Positions 43,240 to 53,993 of a DNA stretch of 64,000 nucleotides are shown here, one piece after another (within the stretch, counting starts at the first letter, position 1; every line of letters starts with the position of its first letter). The stretch covers positions 32,001 through 96,000 of the forward strand of contig CBDBGH010000001.1 in the NCBI GenBank assembly GCA_965205265.1. Direction: 5' to 3'. Under the pieces are notes generated by a model. That model ran no database searches. It was not told the DNA's origin and saw nothing but the letters and a program-made list of their open reading frames with translations. The DNA is from Alphaproteobacteria bacterium. GTDB lineage: Bacteria > Pseudomonadota > Alphaproteobacteria > Bin95. Position numbers and translations under genes: made by a program.

Positions 43240-43317
43240 GGTCGGCGAATTCGAGTGTTGTGAATCATATGAATCATTCGACTCATGTATATCATTCACA
43301 TGATTCAGATCTTTTGC
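43240..43317. promoter_or_regulatory. 9-bp-periodic operator-like array, copy B (inverted homolog of 39430-39525)
   Basis: GGTCGGCGAA...ATTCGACTCATGTATATCATTCACATGATTCAGATCTTT aligns with the reverse complement of copy A. Confidence 0.75.
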
Positions 43318-43442
43318 ATTCCGGGCCAGAAAGCCACAGGTTATCAGACCCGCCGCGCGGCGCCCCGAGTGGGGATTGCCCGAAGATACAGCAGATGCTA
43401 GGATTTAGGCCGAATCCACAGTCCGATAGGAGGGAAGAGGTT

Positions 43443-43727
43443 ATGGCCTCTCCAGCAGTGCCGCCTGCCCGCGCCCTCGCGGCCGAGGAAAGCTACCGGA
43501 AGTCGTTCCGCGACGCGGTGATGCCCCACCTCGGGACGACCCCCGAGAAGGCGGCCTACATCGAGGCGGCGCTCGACATCCTCTGGGAGTATGACGAGCT
43601 GTCCCCCTATGAGATGGCCGTCAACGCCTGGAACAGCGGCAACCGGGAGCTCTACGAAAGTGCGCTCGCCGACGACCACCGGCTCACCGAACTCGCGGCT
43701 GCGATCAAATCCGGGGAAGAGGGGTGA
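43443..43727 (+). CDS. Small acidic hypothetical protein (possible antitoxin/partner)
   Basis: 94 aa, RBS GAGG, GTGA overlap with the next gene. Confidence 0.65.
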   Translation: MASPAVPPARALAAEESYRKSFRDAVMPHLGTTPEKAAYIEAALDILWEYDELSPYEMAVNAWNSGNRELYESALADDHRLTELAAAIKSGEEG

Positions 43728-44623
43728 CCTCTCCCGCCGCCGCGCAGGTCGCCGCCGACACCAATCTGGTCCGCCATTCGACGCCCAGACGCTATCTCAC
43801 CGTAATGGAGGACCTGCGGGGCCGACGCATCGCCATCCTCCCCACGGTCGCCCACGAGCTGCGGGGGCATATCCCGCTGCAGGCTGCGGCATACGTCAGG
43901 GGAATCTGCGAACGGGACGAGAGGTGGAGCGGCGGCCAGATCCAGACCGCGGCCCGCGCCGTGGGCGGCGCGGCGGTGGAATGGTGGGAGGACTGGCGGC
44001 TCCGCAACGACTCGGTCTACGAGCATGTTCCGGATCTGGGAGCTTCGCATTAAACCCTGACGGCCACCTCCCTTCCCGACGACGCCTTCCGGGACACTAA
44101 CGGGAACGACCAGTTGATCTATGCCCAGGCATGGGCGCATGGTATCGACATTCTGGCGGGCCGGAACCGCCGGAGCATTGTCAGGAAGGAGCTGGAACGT
44201 CATTTCGCGGCGCTCGACGCCCCACGCCCGCCAATCGAGGTCAGGAACCTCTACGAGCATACCACTGCCGTTGCCGAGACCGAACGGCGGGATGTCCCGG
44301 AGGTCGCGCTGGAGGCGATGCTGTGTGCCGTCATCCCCGAGGACTGGACATCCGGGAAGCACGTCGGCGTCCGCTCCTCGTGCGAAAGGTTCATCAGGAA
44401 CCTGAACACTGGCCCCGGCCGACGCGTCAGAATGACAGCAGGTGAGAACACGCTCTCCCGAATACTGGACAGGGCGCTTCATCGCCTCGGTCATACAGCT
44501 TTCGTCGAGCGCTGTGAGGCGGCATACGCCATACGCCCGGCGGCGGCACGGGAAGCCGAGAGGCAGTTTCACAGCAGGACCCGCGCCGCAGTGCGGTTGA
44601 CCGGCATCGATCCCTGGGCTTGA
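43724..44623 (+). pseudogene. Divergent PIN-like protein with an in-frame TAA at 44051-44053
   Basis: VAADTNLV, ILPTVAHEL, NDQLIYAQAWAHGIDILAGRN resemble the PIN acidic motifs; the two ORFs are in frame. Confidence 0.6.
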
Positions 44624-45071
44624 TCCACGCTGCATCGCGTCAAGGGTCGAAGTTGCCGAATCACGGACCGGTCCGCGGTGAATCAACGTGATCATCTGGA
44701 TCAAGGCGCGCCGAAACCGCCTGTTTCGGGCAGCGCTGAATGACCTGGGTTCCGCCCCGGTTGAATTCCCCTCCGTCGGGATCCGTTTCCGGGTCAACGT
44801 CGGCTGCCTACTCGCGACGCAGCCTGTCCCAGTCCGCCTGTCCCTCTCCTGACTGGCGGACCGCCTACTCAAGGGTGACTGTCGTGACGGCGTTTTTTCC
44901 TTCTCTTCCCGCCGGTTGGCCGCGATGATCAGGATGGCGTAACTGCGGAACATGTAGACCGCCGGGATGACGGTTCCACCGTCCAGACCCCCGTCGCGGT
45001 CCAGCGGACCGGAGCCCATCCGACCATCGGCACTGGACATCCCGGATTCCGGCCGGGTTTCACTGCCGCCG

Positions 45072-45659
45072 TCAGGCCGCGCCGACAGGGATCCCGTCCG
45101 ACGACAGCCCGAGGGCTTCCAGACGCTTTTCGACCGCGAGCGGGCTGCGCTCCAGAGCCACGGCGATCTGGGAAATCCCCTTCCCCGCTCCGTGAAGCCG
45201 TCTCACCCTGTCCTCCTCGTCCTGTGTCCATGCCGCGCCCTGGCGGGCCGGACGACCGGTCCTTCCACCGGAACGCGCGGCGGCGGATCCTCCGCCTTCC
45301 CGACGGACTTCCGCAGTCCTGCCCGGGACAGGCCTAGGCGGGACGTCCGCCCAGGTATGGACCGGCCCGCTGAACCTCTCGGTCTCCCGCCGCTCCATCT
45401 AGTCCGACAGCGCCGCCAGGGCGGAGGGCAGCGCGGTGGCGAGGAACCTCCCCCCTTCCAGCGTGAATGTCGCCATCGTCCCGCGTCCGTCCTCCACCGC
45501 CACGTAGTGCAGGACCACGTCGCCGCCGACATCGGCGGCGCGGAACATGTACCGGTCATCGCCGCTGCTGGACTCTGCGTCCCAAACGAAATCCGGCCTC
45601 GCGCCGCCGCCCTGTCCGTCCATGGCAACCATCATGCTTCGGTCGGTGCAGTGTGCCAC
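45072..45659 (-). pseudogene. Hypothetical protein with C-terminal HTH, split by an in-frame TAG at 45399-45401 (or two abutting genes)
   Basis: AWTQDEEDRVRRLHGAGKGISQIAVALERSPLAVEKRL. Confidence 0.5.
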
Positions 45660-45889
45660 CGGAGCGTCCAGCGCTCAAGCGCGGCGGCGCAGGGGTCTGG
45701 TCCTTTGCTTAAGCCCCATTACATGTGCTTGGTCCGGGTTTCTCGAGGCGGACAGCGGTTCCCACTAGCCCGGATATCTCACCAGACCGGGAGTCCGTGC
45801 ATCCGGCGAGGGAAAGTCCGGACAAAAAATCGTAGACAACGACTGGAATGCGTTTCTGTAGATGTCCAGAATGGAAACTCCCCCATTTA

Positions 45890-46360
45890 CGGGTCTGAGC
45901 AGCAATGGCGCAGAGAACCTACATAAGGATTTCAGGGCTCGTCAGGGTCTGCGTTCTGCGGGTCGCGCAGTGGCCTGAGTTCGCCCCGTTCCACGAATTC
46001 CGGCAGTGGGAAGGCGTATCGGCCGGGCATGTTGACGTGTCTGAAACCTGACGGCGACAGACGCGCGACGTCTTCGGGCCTGGAGTCGCAGCCCTCCGCC
46101 ACGAGTTGGTCGGGGGCGGCATCCATTTAGATCGTGTTCCGGAGCACGACGGGATTGACGACCGGGCCGAGTGCTCCGAGTTGATCCTCCTGACGTTCAC
46201 GGTAGCGTTGGCGCAACTCGCCACGCCATTCCGTGGAAAAGGGCACGAGCGGGTTGATGTCGTCCTTCAACCCGGTTGGGTTGAGCGGGGATGCGCCGCC
46301 GGCAGGCTTCGTCATCGATGAAACGGAGAAGATGGAGTGTCTTTACGAGGCGGCCGACGC
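45890..46360 (-). mobile_element. Tn3-family remnant: terminal IR plus transposase C-terminus
   Basis: GGGTCTGAGCAGCAATGGCGCAGAGAACCTACATAAG IR-like end; KTLHLLRFIDD..GELRQRYRE.QEDQLGAL..EDVARLSP..HVNMPGRY. Confidence 0.82.
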
Positions 46361-46473
46361 CGGGCACGGGCAATGCGGTCGATGGCAGCGCGGACACGCG
46401 CCAGCGCGTAGTTGCGGCGGTGGGCTGGCCGAAATCGGTGGTTTCGGTCCCCGGTGCCACCGACGCAGGGCAA

Positions 46474-46587
46474 TGCCGACCGATTCATTCGTTTCGGGTC
46501 TTCCTCATTGAAGAAGGCGATCATCCGGGTATGGAATCGGGCAGACGGAACGATGATGGCGACGATGGTACGGATTTCAGGTTCTGA
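46474..46587 (+). pseudogene. C-terminal remnant of another STAND-like ATPase paralog
   Basis: PIHSFRVFLIEEG..GRRNDDGDDGTDFRF* matches the ends of the two downstream genes. Confidence 0.75.
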
Positions 46588-46711
46588 AATCCATGCCAAT
46601 ACCCTGTTGGTTCAGGTTTCATTTTTCGGCTGGTTTTCCTATGGTAAGGACACGGAATTATTTCCGGTGTCGATGGCATCGCGAATATGTCAATATATGA
46701 AAGAACTGTCC

Positions 46712-47986
46712 ATGCCCATCAATCGCGCCCATATCAAGGAATACCTGCGGCAGGGCGAAGGTGCGCCACCGCCGGTCTTTATCGGTCATGATGATATCCT
46801 GAATGATATCCTGGTCACAGCAAAAGACAGTGCCGGTCAGTCAAAAAAGACCCACGTTGTGCAGGGGGCACCTGGAGCCGGGAAGACCTCCCTGCTGCAC
46901 GAGATGCAGAAGCGATGGACGGGGGAGGACGGATTTCCAAGAGTGGTGGCCCTGCATTCCACCCAGCTTCTGTACAATTCCCTCAATGGTGTCGGGGCTG
47001 TACTTGAAGCCTGGACCATGGATGAAGGAAAATGGAAGCGGACATTGACCGATCGGATCAAAAGACTGAGCGGAATTGGGATTGGACCTGGCGGTCTGTC
47101 GATGGAATTCTCCGATGTCCAGATTCCAGAGACATTATATATGGTGGCCAACAGATATCCTGTAAAGGAACAGGCCAGACCGATCATTGTCGCCGTGGAC
47201 GAGGCGCAGCGCCTGTCCAGGGGGCAGACGGCACCGGAAGCCCTGTTCCTGCAGGAGATCCATGACGGCGGTTCCGGCCTGCCCTTGATCCTGGTGCTCG
47301 CTGGCCTGTCCGATACAGATGCCAGGGCCAGGGAGATGCATCTGACACGTGGACGGACAGTCCATGAAGTCAGACCCCTCACGCAGGCCCAGGCCCGGGA
47401 TTTCATGCGCAGGCTGGCCCTTTGGTTCGGCCTCGACACCTCCCGCCACAATTCCCGTCTGGAGGCCCTAGCCGACATCTGCGATGGCTGGCCGCGGCAC
47501 CTGCGCTTCGCTGGCGTCTCCCTGGCGGAAGAGGCCCTGCGCATTGACGGTGACATGCATCGCATGGACTGGCCTGCGATGGCGGCGAGGACATGGCAGG
47601 AGCGTCAGGCCTATTACAGTTCCCAGAGAACTTCGCGGATGCGCCATGCCAAAGCGCTCCTGGCGGCGGTGATGCAGGACATTCCAACACAGGCGAATGG
47701 ACCCAGATCACTTGAGGACACGGAAGTCCTGGCCTCAATCGTCCGGCATAGACGTATTGGCGATACGCCCGACAATATCCCCTGGTCATTGCCGAAAGGG
47801 ATGGATGCGGAGGATTTTCTTGAGGATCTCGTCCATCAAGGTGCTCTGTACATTGATGGCGAAGGATATGTCCATTCCCCCATTCCCTCATTCAAGGCTT
47901 TCCTCATCGACCAGGGCCGTCAGCCGGATACGGAACCGACCAGGCGGAACGATGGGGGAGATGATGGCACGGATTTCAGGGCCTGA
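46712..47986 (+). CDS. STAND-like/AAA_16 ATPase
   Basis: GAPGAGKT, VAVDEAQ, CDGWPRHL, LVHQGALY..SPIPSF. Confidence 0.85.
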   Translation: MPINRAHIKEYLRQGEGAPPPVFIGHDDILNDILVTAKDSAGQSKKTHVVQGAPGAGKTSLLHEMQKRWTGEDGFPRVVALHSTQLLYNSLNGVGAVLEAWTMDEGKWKRTLTDRIKRLSGIGIGPGGLSMEFSDVQIPETLYMVANRYPVKEQARPIIVAVDEAQRLSRGQTAPEALFLQEIHDGGSGLPLILVLAGLSDTDARAREMHLTRGRTVHEVRPLTQAQARDFMRRLALWFGLDTSRHNSRLEALADICDGWPRHLRFAGVSLAEEALRIDGDMHRMDWPAMAARTWQERQAYYSSQRTSRMRHAKALLAAVMQDIPTQANGPRSLEDTEVLASIVRHRRIGDTPDNIPWSLPKGMDAEDFLEDLVHQGALYIDGEGYVHSPIPSFKAFLIDQGRQPDTEPTRRNDGGDDGTDFRA

Positions 47987-48030
47987 AATCCGTATTGACG
48001 CCATTATGTCAATGTATGAAAGGACTGTCC

Positions 48031-49277
48031 ATGCCCATCAACCGCGCCCGTATCAGGGAATACCTGCGCCAGGGCGAGGGTGCGCCGCCGCCGGTCTTTG
48101 TCGGTCATGACGATATCCTGAAGGATATCCTGACCACAGCGAAGGACAGCGCCAGCCAGCCGAAGATGACCCGCGTCGTGCAGGGCGCCCCCGGCGCCGG
48201 CAAGAGCTCGATGCTGCACGAGATGCAGAAACGATGGACGGGGAAAGATGGAACCCACGGTTGGTCGAGGTGTCTTCGGAAGCCGTCATCCAAAATGTAT
48301 CCGGCGTCATCCGGGCGATCATGGCCGCCGGCCTTTCATCTGAGGACAGCTGGTGGAATATCCTTCAGGAGCGTTTCCGTAGGATACGCGCCGTCGGCGC
48401 TTCCGTCGCGGGATATGGCCTGTCCGCTGAATTCGATGTCTACGCCGATGTGAAAATGCTTGGTATGGCCATGGAACGGAGCCGGAGGGAGGCTTGGAAC
48501 CACGTTGTCATCCTCGCCGTGGATGAAGCCCAGGCGCTCAGCGGCGATCATGAATCCACATCCGCATGTTTCCTGCGCGAGATCCACAATGGCAGGACTG
48601 GCCTTCCCATAGGTCTGGTTTTCGCCGACCTGTCCGATACAGATGCCAGGGCCAGGCAGATGCATCTGGCACGTGGACGGAAAATCCATGAGGTCAGACC
48701 ACTCACGCAGGTCCAGGCCCGGGACTTCATGCGACGGCTGGCCCTGTGGTTCGGTCTCGACACCTCCCGCCACAATTCCCGTCTGGAGGCCCTGGCCGAC
48801 ATCTGCGATGGCTGGCCGCGACACCTGCGCGTTGACGGCGTCTCCCTGACGGAGGAATCCCTGCGCGTTGACGGCGACATGCATCGCATGGGCTGGCCAG
48901 CCATGCGGAGGATGGCATGGGTGCTGCGCCAGAAATACTATGACGAACAGTCCAGCACCATGATGCAGGATGCGGATATCCTGACCGCCAGGGTGATGTG
49001 CGGACTGCGCGATGGCATGCGGTTCAGGGATCTGCAGGGACTGGTGGAGAACAATGTTGTGGACTGTCCCGGGCAGCGATTGCCGGCGGGAGTGGATTCC
49101 GCAATGTTCCTCAACGATCTCATCCATCAGGGCGCGTTGTACAGAAACCCGCAGGGCCGCGTCCATTCCCCCATCCCCTCGTTCCGGGCCTTCCTCATCG
49201 AACAGGGCCGCCAGCCGGATATGGAACCGGCCAGGCGGAACGATGGGGGAGATGATGGCACGGACTTCAGGGCCTGA
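48031..49277 (+). pseudogene. STAND-like ATPase tandem paralog, frameshift near 48255
   Basis: GAPGAGKS in one frame, LAVDEAQ and GWPRHL in the next; the shift lies in a C run. Confidence 0.82.
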
Positions 49278-49308
49278 AACCGGTTGCGGTTGGACCGCCC
49301 GGAAATCG

Positions 49309-50577
49309 TCAGTCCCGACCAGAATTCTCAGTCACGTCATTTTCCAGACCATCCCCGCTGTTTCTGCCGATCAGGAAAGCCTTGAAGGAGGGGATTGGCG
49401 AATGGATATATCCATCGCCATCCTCGTACAGGGCTCCCTGGTGGATGAGGTGGTCGAGGAACCATTCCGCATCCCTGTTCCGGGGCAATGTCCATTCGAT
49501 GGCCTCACCGTCCCTATGCTGGTTGTGGATACGGTTCATGTGATTGAGTATGTCCACATCCGTAACGGTGGTTTCATCGGATCTGACGGGGACGCCGTGG
49601 AGGATTTCCGCGAGCAGGAACCGTGAACGTCGCATGGTCCGGCTGGTCTGTTTTCGGTAATATTCCCGCCGCAGGGTCCATGTCCGTTCCTGCATGGCTG
49701 GCCAGTCCATGTGGTGCATATCCCCTTTCGCACGTTCGGTTTCCCTGGCCAGCACCTCACCGGCCTGACGCAGGTGCCGGGGCCAGCCGTCGCAGAGACC
49801 GGCCAGTGCCTCGAGATGCGCGTTGTGGCGGGATGTGTCGAGGCCGAAGAAGATCGGCAGCCGTCGCATGAAGTCCCGGGCCTGGAATTCCGTCAGGGGT
49901 CTGGCCTCATGAAGTCTGGCGCCGCGTGTCAGATGCATTTCGCTGGCTCTGGCGGCGGTGTCGGACAGGCCGGCGAGTACCGGAACCAGTGGCAGGCCCG
50001 ATGTGCTGTCATGGATTTCCTGCAGGAGCAGCGCTTCGGGCGATGTTTTCCCCCGATCCATACGCTGGGATTCGTCCACGGCGACGATGACCGGACATCC
50101 CTCTTTCGCTGGAGGGTATCTGGCGGCCAGTTCGCGGCATGTTCCGGGAACCTCGCTGTCGGCGAATTCAACCGACAGCCCGCCCGGACCGGCACCGACC
50201 CCCCGCAACCGCTTGAGTCGATCCTTCAGGGTATCGGTCCATTTCGCCTCCGCCATGGTCCAGGCATCAAGGACGGCGCCAACGCCCGTTCGGGGATCTT
50301 TCATCAGATCGGTCGAGGACAGGGCCACGACCCTGGGTTTTCCGTCCTTACCCAGCCATCGTTTCTGCATTTCGGCGAGCAGCGAGCTCTTGCCGGCCCC
50401 GGGGGCGCCCTGGATGATGCGGGTGAATTTCGCCTCTCCGGCGCTTTCCTGTGCCGTCCGCAGGATGTCATCGAGGATATCCTGATGGCCGACGAAGACC
50501 GGTGGCGGGGCACCCTCACCCTGGCGCAGATATTCGCGGACCCTGTCCGCGTGATAGCGTGGTGGCCTTGAGGACAT
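49309..50577 (-). CDS. STAND-like/AAA_16 ATPase, convergent paralog
   Basis: EYLRQGEGAPPPVFVGH, GAPGAGKS, VAVDESQ, CDGWPRHL. Confidence 0.85.
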   Translation of the reverse strand: MSSRPPRYHADRVREYLRQGEGAPPPVFVGHQDILDDILRTAQESAGEAKFTRIIQGAPGAGKSSLLAEMQKRWLGKDGKPRVVALSSTDLMKDPRTGVGAVLDAWTMAEAKWTDTLKDRLKRLRGVGAGPGGLSVEFADSEVPGTCRELAARYPPAKEGCPVIVAVDESQRMDRGKTSPEALLLQEIHDSTSGLPLVPVLAGLSDTAARASEMHLTRGARLHEARPLTEFQARDFMRRLPIFFGLDTSRHNAHLEALAGLCDGWPRHLRQAGEVLARETERAKGDMHHMDWPAMQERTWTLRREYYRKQTSRTMRRSRFLLAEILHGVPVRSDETTVTDVDILNHMNRIHNQHRDGEAIEWTLPRNRDAEWFLDHLIHQGALYEDGDGYIHSPIPSFKAFLIGRNSGDGLENDVTENSGRD

Positions 50578-50731
50578 GACCTGTTCCCTCTGTTTCAGGT
50601 CGAAATCGGTCCGCATCAGTCTATCATACAATGATGATGAGGTCCAGAATGGCATCATTGTTGACCTGTCTTTCATGAAGGGTGACGTCACAGGTGGCCC
50701 GCAGGGATTCAGCCCAGACATGAGATGTTCC

Positions 50732-50769
50732 GTGACTGTTCCCCGCCCTGAAGGACGGGGAACAGTCAC
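50732..50769. repeat. 14-bp-stem hairpin (REP-like or terminator)
   Basis: GTGACTGTTCCCCG-ccctgaagga-CGGGGAACAGTCAC. Confidence 0.6.
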
Positions 50770-50879
50770 CCGATCGAACCCACATATCCGCGGTATTCAG
50801 GCATTGTCCGCTTCCATGTTCCTTGTACAATACGATCACAGGAGGTTTTCCCTGGTCGGCCAGGCGATCTATGCGCCGT

Positions 50880-51175
50880 CGGCATTTCCCCCTCCATTCT
50901 CTCGAGGGTGACCCGGTAGCTGAGCGCCCCCACCACCCGCGACAGCGTCCTCATGGTCGGATTGCCCCTGGCCGGAAGAATCTGTACATCACCTCACGGC
51001 TGACGTTGGCGCGCGCGGCGACCTCGCCCATCCCCCAGGCCTGGGCGATGTCGCAGATGACCGCGACGATGAGGGCCGGGTCGCCGTCATCAAGGGCCGC
51101 CTTGAGATAGGCCCGCTGGGCTTCGGGCGTCCCGAAACGCTCCGCGGGATCCCAGGGTTCGGTCTCAACTGTCAT
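50880..51175 (-). pseudogene. Addiction-module antidote (HI1420-like HTH), frameshifted, toxin absent
   Basis: WDPAE..AYLKAALDDGDPALI..GMGEVA..VSRE; GNPTMRTL..VVGAL in the next frame. Confidence 0.75.
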
Positions 51176-51189
51176 TCACGATCTCCCCT

Positions 51190-52555
51190 GCCAGTCGCCT
51201 CGCGCGTGTGGCCTCACAAGCCGCACCCTGAATTGACGAAAGCGGAAGAAACATCGCGACGACCCCACCTGGCCTGACCTTCACATGCGCCAGATCGACG
51301 AAGTTCGAGGCGAGACCGGCATTGCCCTGCCCGGCGGGCAGGTGGCTGTCTTTCATCAGCGTTGTCCGGAGCCGCTTCAGACGTTTCGACATTGCTTTCT
51401 GTTCCGCGCCCTCAGTCACAAATCCGGCAAATGAAGGGACTGGCACATTGGCGGTACATGGTTGGTCGGTCGGTTGAACGGCGGATTCATAATGACGAGA
51501 TCCACGGACCCCGCGGGGACCTCGATATCCTTGTTCTCGACGTCGCCGCGGCCGCCGACCTGTCTCTGCCCCGTGGCGAACAGGGTCAACGCCGCCGCCT
51601 GACCCGTCAGATCCAGTGATCCGAGCGATATCCCGGAAGCGCCATCGTATCCGTAAGGCATCGTGTATACGCGGGTTCGGCCGAATGTGACCGTTGGATG
51701 CGCACTCGAAAGCTGCGAAGCGCAGAGATGGGTCGCCGCCGACATGATGTCCGCCGCGACCATTGCGTTCTCAATCATTGCTTGGTGCACTTCGCTTTCG
51801 TCAGCGCCAGCTCTCCGGTGGTGCGCCAGGATCGACTGGTAGGCAGCGGACAGCAGGGTGCCGGTCCCACAGGAAAAGTCGGCGATGCGCAGCCTTTGGT
51901 ACCCTTCATGATCCGACCAGTCCACATTCATCTGCCGTATGGCAATCTTCGCCAGCAGGACAGCGCTTGTCGGCAGCGTGTGGAATGTCGCAAGGAGCTT
52001 ACGGTCCGTGATCAGTGTCTGGAACATTCGTCCGGCAAGGTCATGCCTGGTTGTGACGCCCAGTTCAGCGAGCCGGGCGGCCGCGGCGACCAGGACATCG
52101 AGCACACGTTTCGCGGTCTCGATCCGGATCGGGGCGAGGAGGTTCGATGCCAACTGGAAGATCGGCCAGTAATTGATCGTCTCCAGAATGTGGTCCCAGC
52201 AGTCAAGCAGCGGTTGCCGGAGGTGCCCGCCGGATTCCCTCCGGAGTTCCGCCACGGTTCGGATGCTATGTGTCCCGGCCATGACGGCATGGAACGTCAA
52301 TGCATTGGCGAGAATCGTCATCGCCATTCGGTTGGTCTGCTCGCCAGACGATTGGTTGAGGATCCGAAGGCTCTCCGTTATCAGGTGCTGCGCCAGCATC
52401 GCATGTTCGATGCACCGCACGATACCGTCGACGGAACCGGACAGCCAGCTCGCCGTCGGCAAGCGGTGCGGAGCTACCGGGTCACCGGGAGCATCGGCGG
52501 CAACCTGATGGCCGGAGAGTCCGAATTTGACAGATGGTTGCCTCCCGAATGACCC
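51190..52555 (-). pseudogene. Type IIG-like restriction-modification enzyme fragment (N6-adenine MTase domain)
   Basis: DLAGRMFQTLITDRKLLATFHT, IADFSCGTGTLL, VIMNPPF; truncated at both ends. Confidence 0.78.
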
Positions 52556-52674
52556 AATTCAACGCTCGGACCCACGGGGTAAACTGCGGCCTCTATTGAC
52601 AATTGCTTCGATTGCTTCATCTAATTCGTTCAACTATATCATTCCATGGAATCACACCGTCCTGAGAGGCCTGC

Positions 52675-53139
52675 ATGAACACGTTGCCTCATCGCCAGCT
52701 CCCGCCTACGCCTCGGGACGCTGCGATCGCACGAAGCACTCGTGAGGCTCTGTCTCCCTACGGCGGGATGGACCGGCCCTTGACGCTACGCGTCAGGGAC
52801 AGCGAACAGGAACGACCTATCGAACTCCCGTCCGGTGCGGTCGACCTGCTCATGCAGGTCCTGGAAGCCATGGCCGCAGGCCAGGGCGTGACGTTGATAC
52901 CGGAAAGCGCCGATCTCACAACGGTCCAGGCGGCCGACTTGTTGAACGTCTCCCGCCCCTTTCTCATCAAACTCCTCGACCAGAAGGTCATCCCCCATCG
53001 GAAGGTTGGCAAGCACCGCCGGATTCGCATGGAAGACGTCATGGCTTACAAGAACGCCATCGACCGCGAACGCGAGCAAGCGCTCGACCAGCTGGCCCGT
53101 GAGTCCCAAGCTAATGACATGGGATATGGCGCCCGGTGA
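52675..53139 (+). CDS. Excisionase-like HTH antitoxin
   Basis: LTTVQAADLLNVSRPFLIKLLD..IPHRKVGKHRRI. Confidence 0.88.
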   Translation: MNTLPHRQLPPTPRDAAIARSTREALSPYGGMDRPLTLRVRDSEQERPIELPSGAVDLLMQVLEAMAAGQGVTLIPESADLTTVQAADLLNVSRPFLIKLLDQKVIPHRKVGKHRRIRMEDVMAYKNAIDREREQALDQLARESQANDMGYGAR

Positions 53140-53705
53140 CGGGCTTCACCGCTCTTCCTGACGCCAACATTCTCTATCCCGCACCTATGCGGGATATTTT
53201 TCTGCAAATGGCGGCTGACGATGTCTTTCGCGCCAAATGGACCGAAAACATCCATCAGGAGTGGATCGACGCCCTGATCCGTAACGAACCGCACCGTGAC
53301 CGAGCAACGCTGGAGCACACCCGCCGTCTCATGGACCGGGCGACGCGGGACTGTCTGGTCACCGGATACCAACCGCTGATCCCCGCACTCAACCTTCCCG
53401 ACCACGACGACCGTCATGTTCTCGCCGCGGCCATTGTAGGACATTGCGATGTGATCGTTACCTGCAACCTGCGAGACTTCCCGGAAGAAGCGGTGATGCC
53501 CTACGGGATCGAAGTCCTCCACCCCGACAGCTTTCTGTCCAATCACCTTGACCTGGTGCCAGGCTCTTTCTGCGACGCGGTGCGCAAGATACGAGCGCGG
53601 CTTGTGGCGCCACCCATCTCCGTTCAGGACTATCTCGCCGTCCTGACCAAGCTGGGTCTCGTCGCCACCGCCGCTGAACTGGCTCGGTTCTCGGAGCGGC
53701 TCTAA
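53136..53705 (+). CDS. PIN-domain toxin
   Basis: DANILYP, LPDHDDRHVLAAAI..VIVTCNLRDFP. Confidence 0.88.
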   Translation: MTGFTALPDANILYPAPMRDIFLQMAADDVFRAKWTENIHQEWIDALIRNEPHRDRATLEHTRRLMDRATRDCLVTGYQPLIPALNLPDHDDRHVLAAAIVGHCDVIVTCNLRDFPEEAVMPYGIEVLHPDSFLSNHLDLVPGSFCDAVRKIRARLVAPPISVQDYLAVLTKLGLVATAAELARFSERL

Positions 53706-53993
53706 TTGGTCTCCGATCCTCGAGGAATGGCCAAGCCCAGACGGGATCGAAGTCAGCATTTCCGTCCTCCAGTGCTTTCACAATTCTCGTCCGCAATCGG
53801 TAAGATCCTACAACTGCGACGAGTCCCCGACGTTGAATTCCATCAACACATAGCCGAATCTTGTTGTCAGAATCTGCTTTCCTGCCTACCCCGAAACAGC
53901 GTGATTCCCCGCTTTCTGCAACCTGTCCCCTCCCCTGACCGATCAGAAACCTCAGAGGCTACGGGATGACAATTCTCAACACTGGGCGCACGG

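Noticed and set aside
40762-45401. Stop-codon recoding suggested by several in-frame TAGs
   Set aside because: Internal stops elsewhere are TAA and TGA too, and intact genes end normally in TAG; ordinary nonsense decay is simpler.
46415-46452. Possible second Tn3 IR forming a mini-transposon with 45890
   Set aside because: Weak similarity to the other end and no target duplication.
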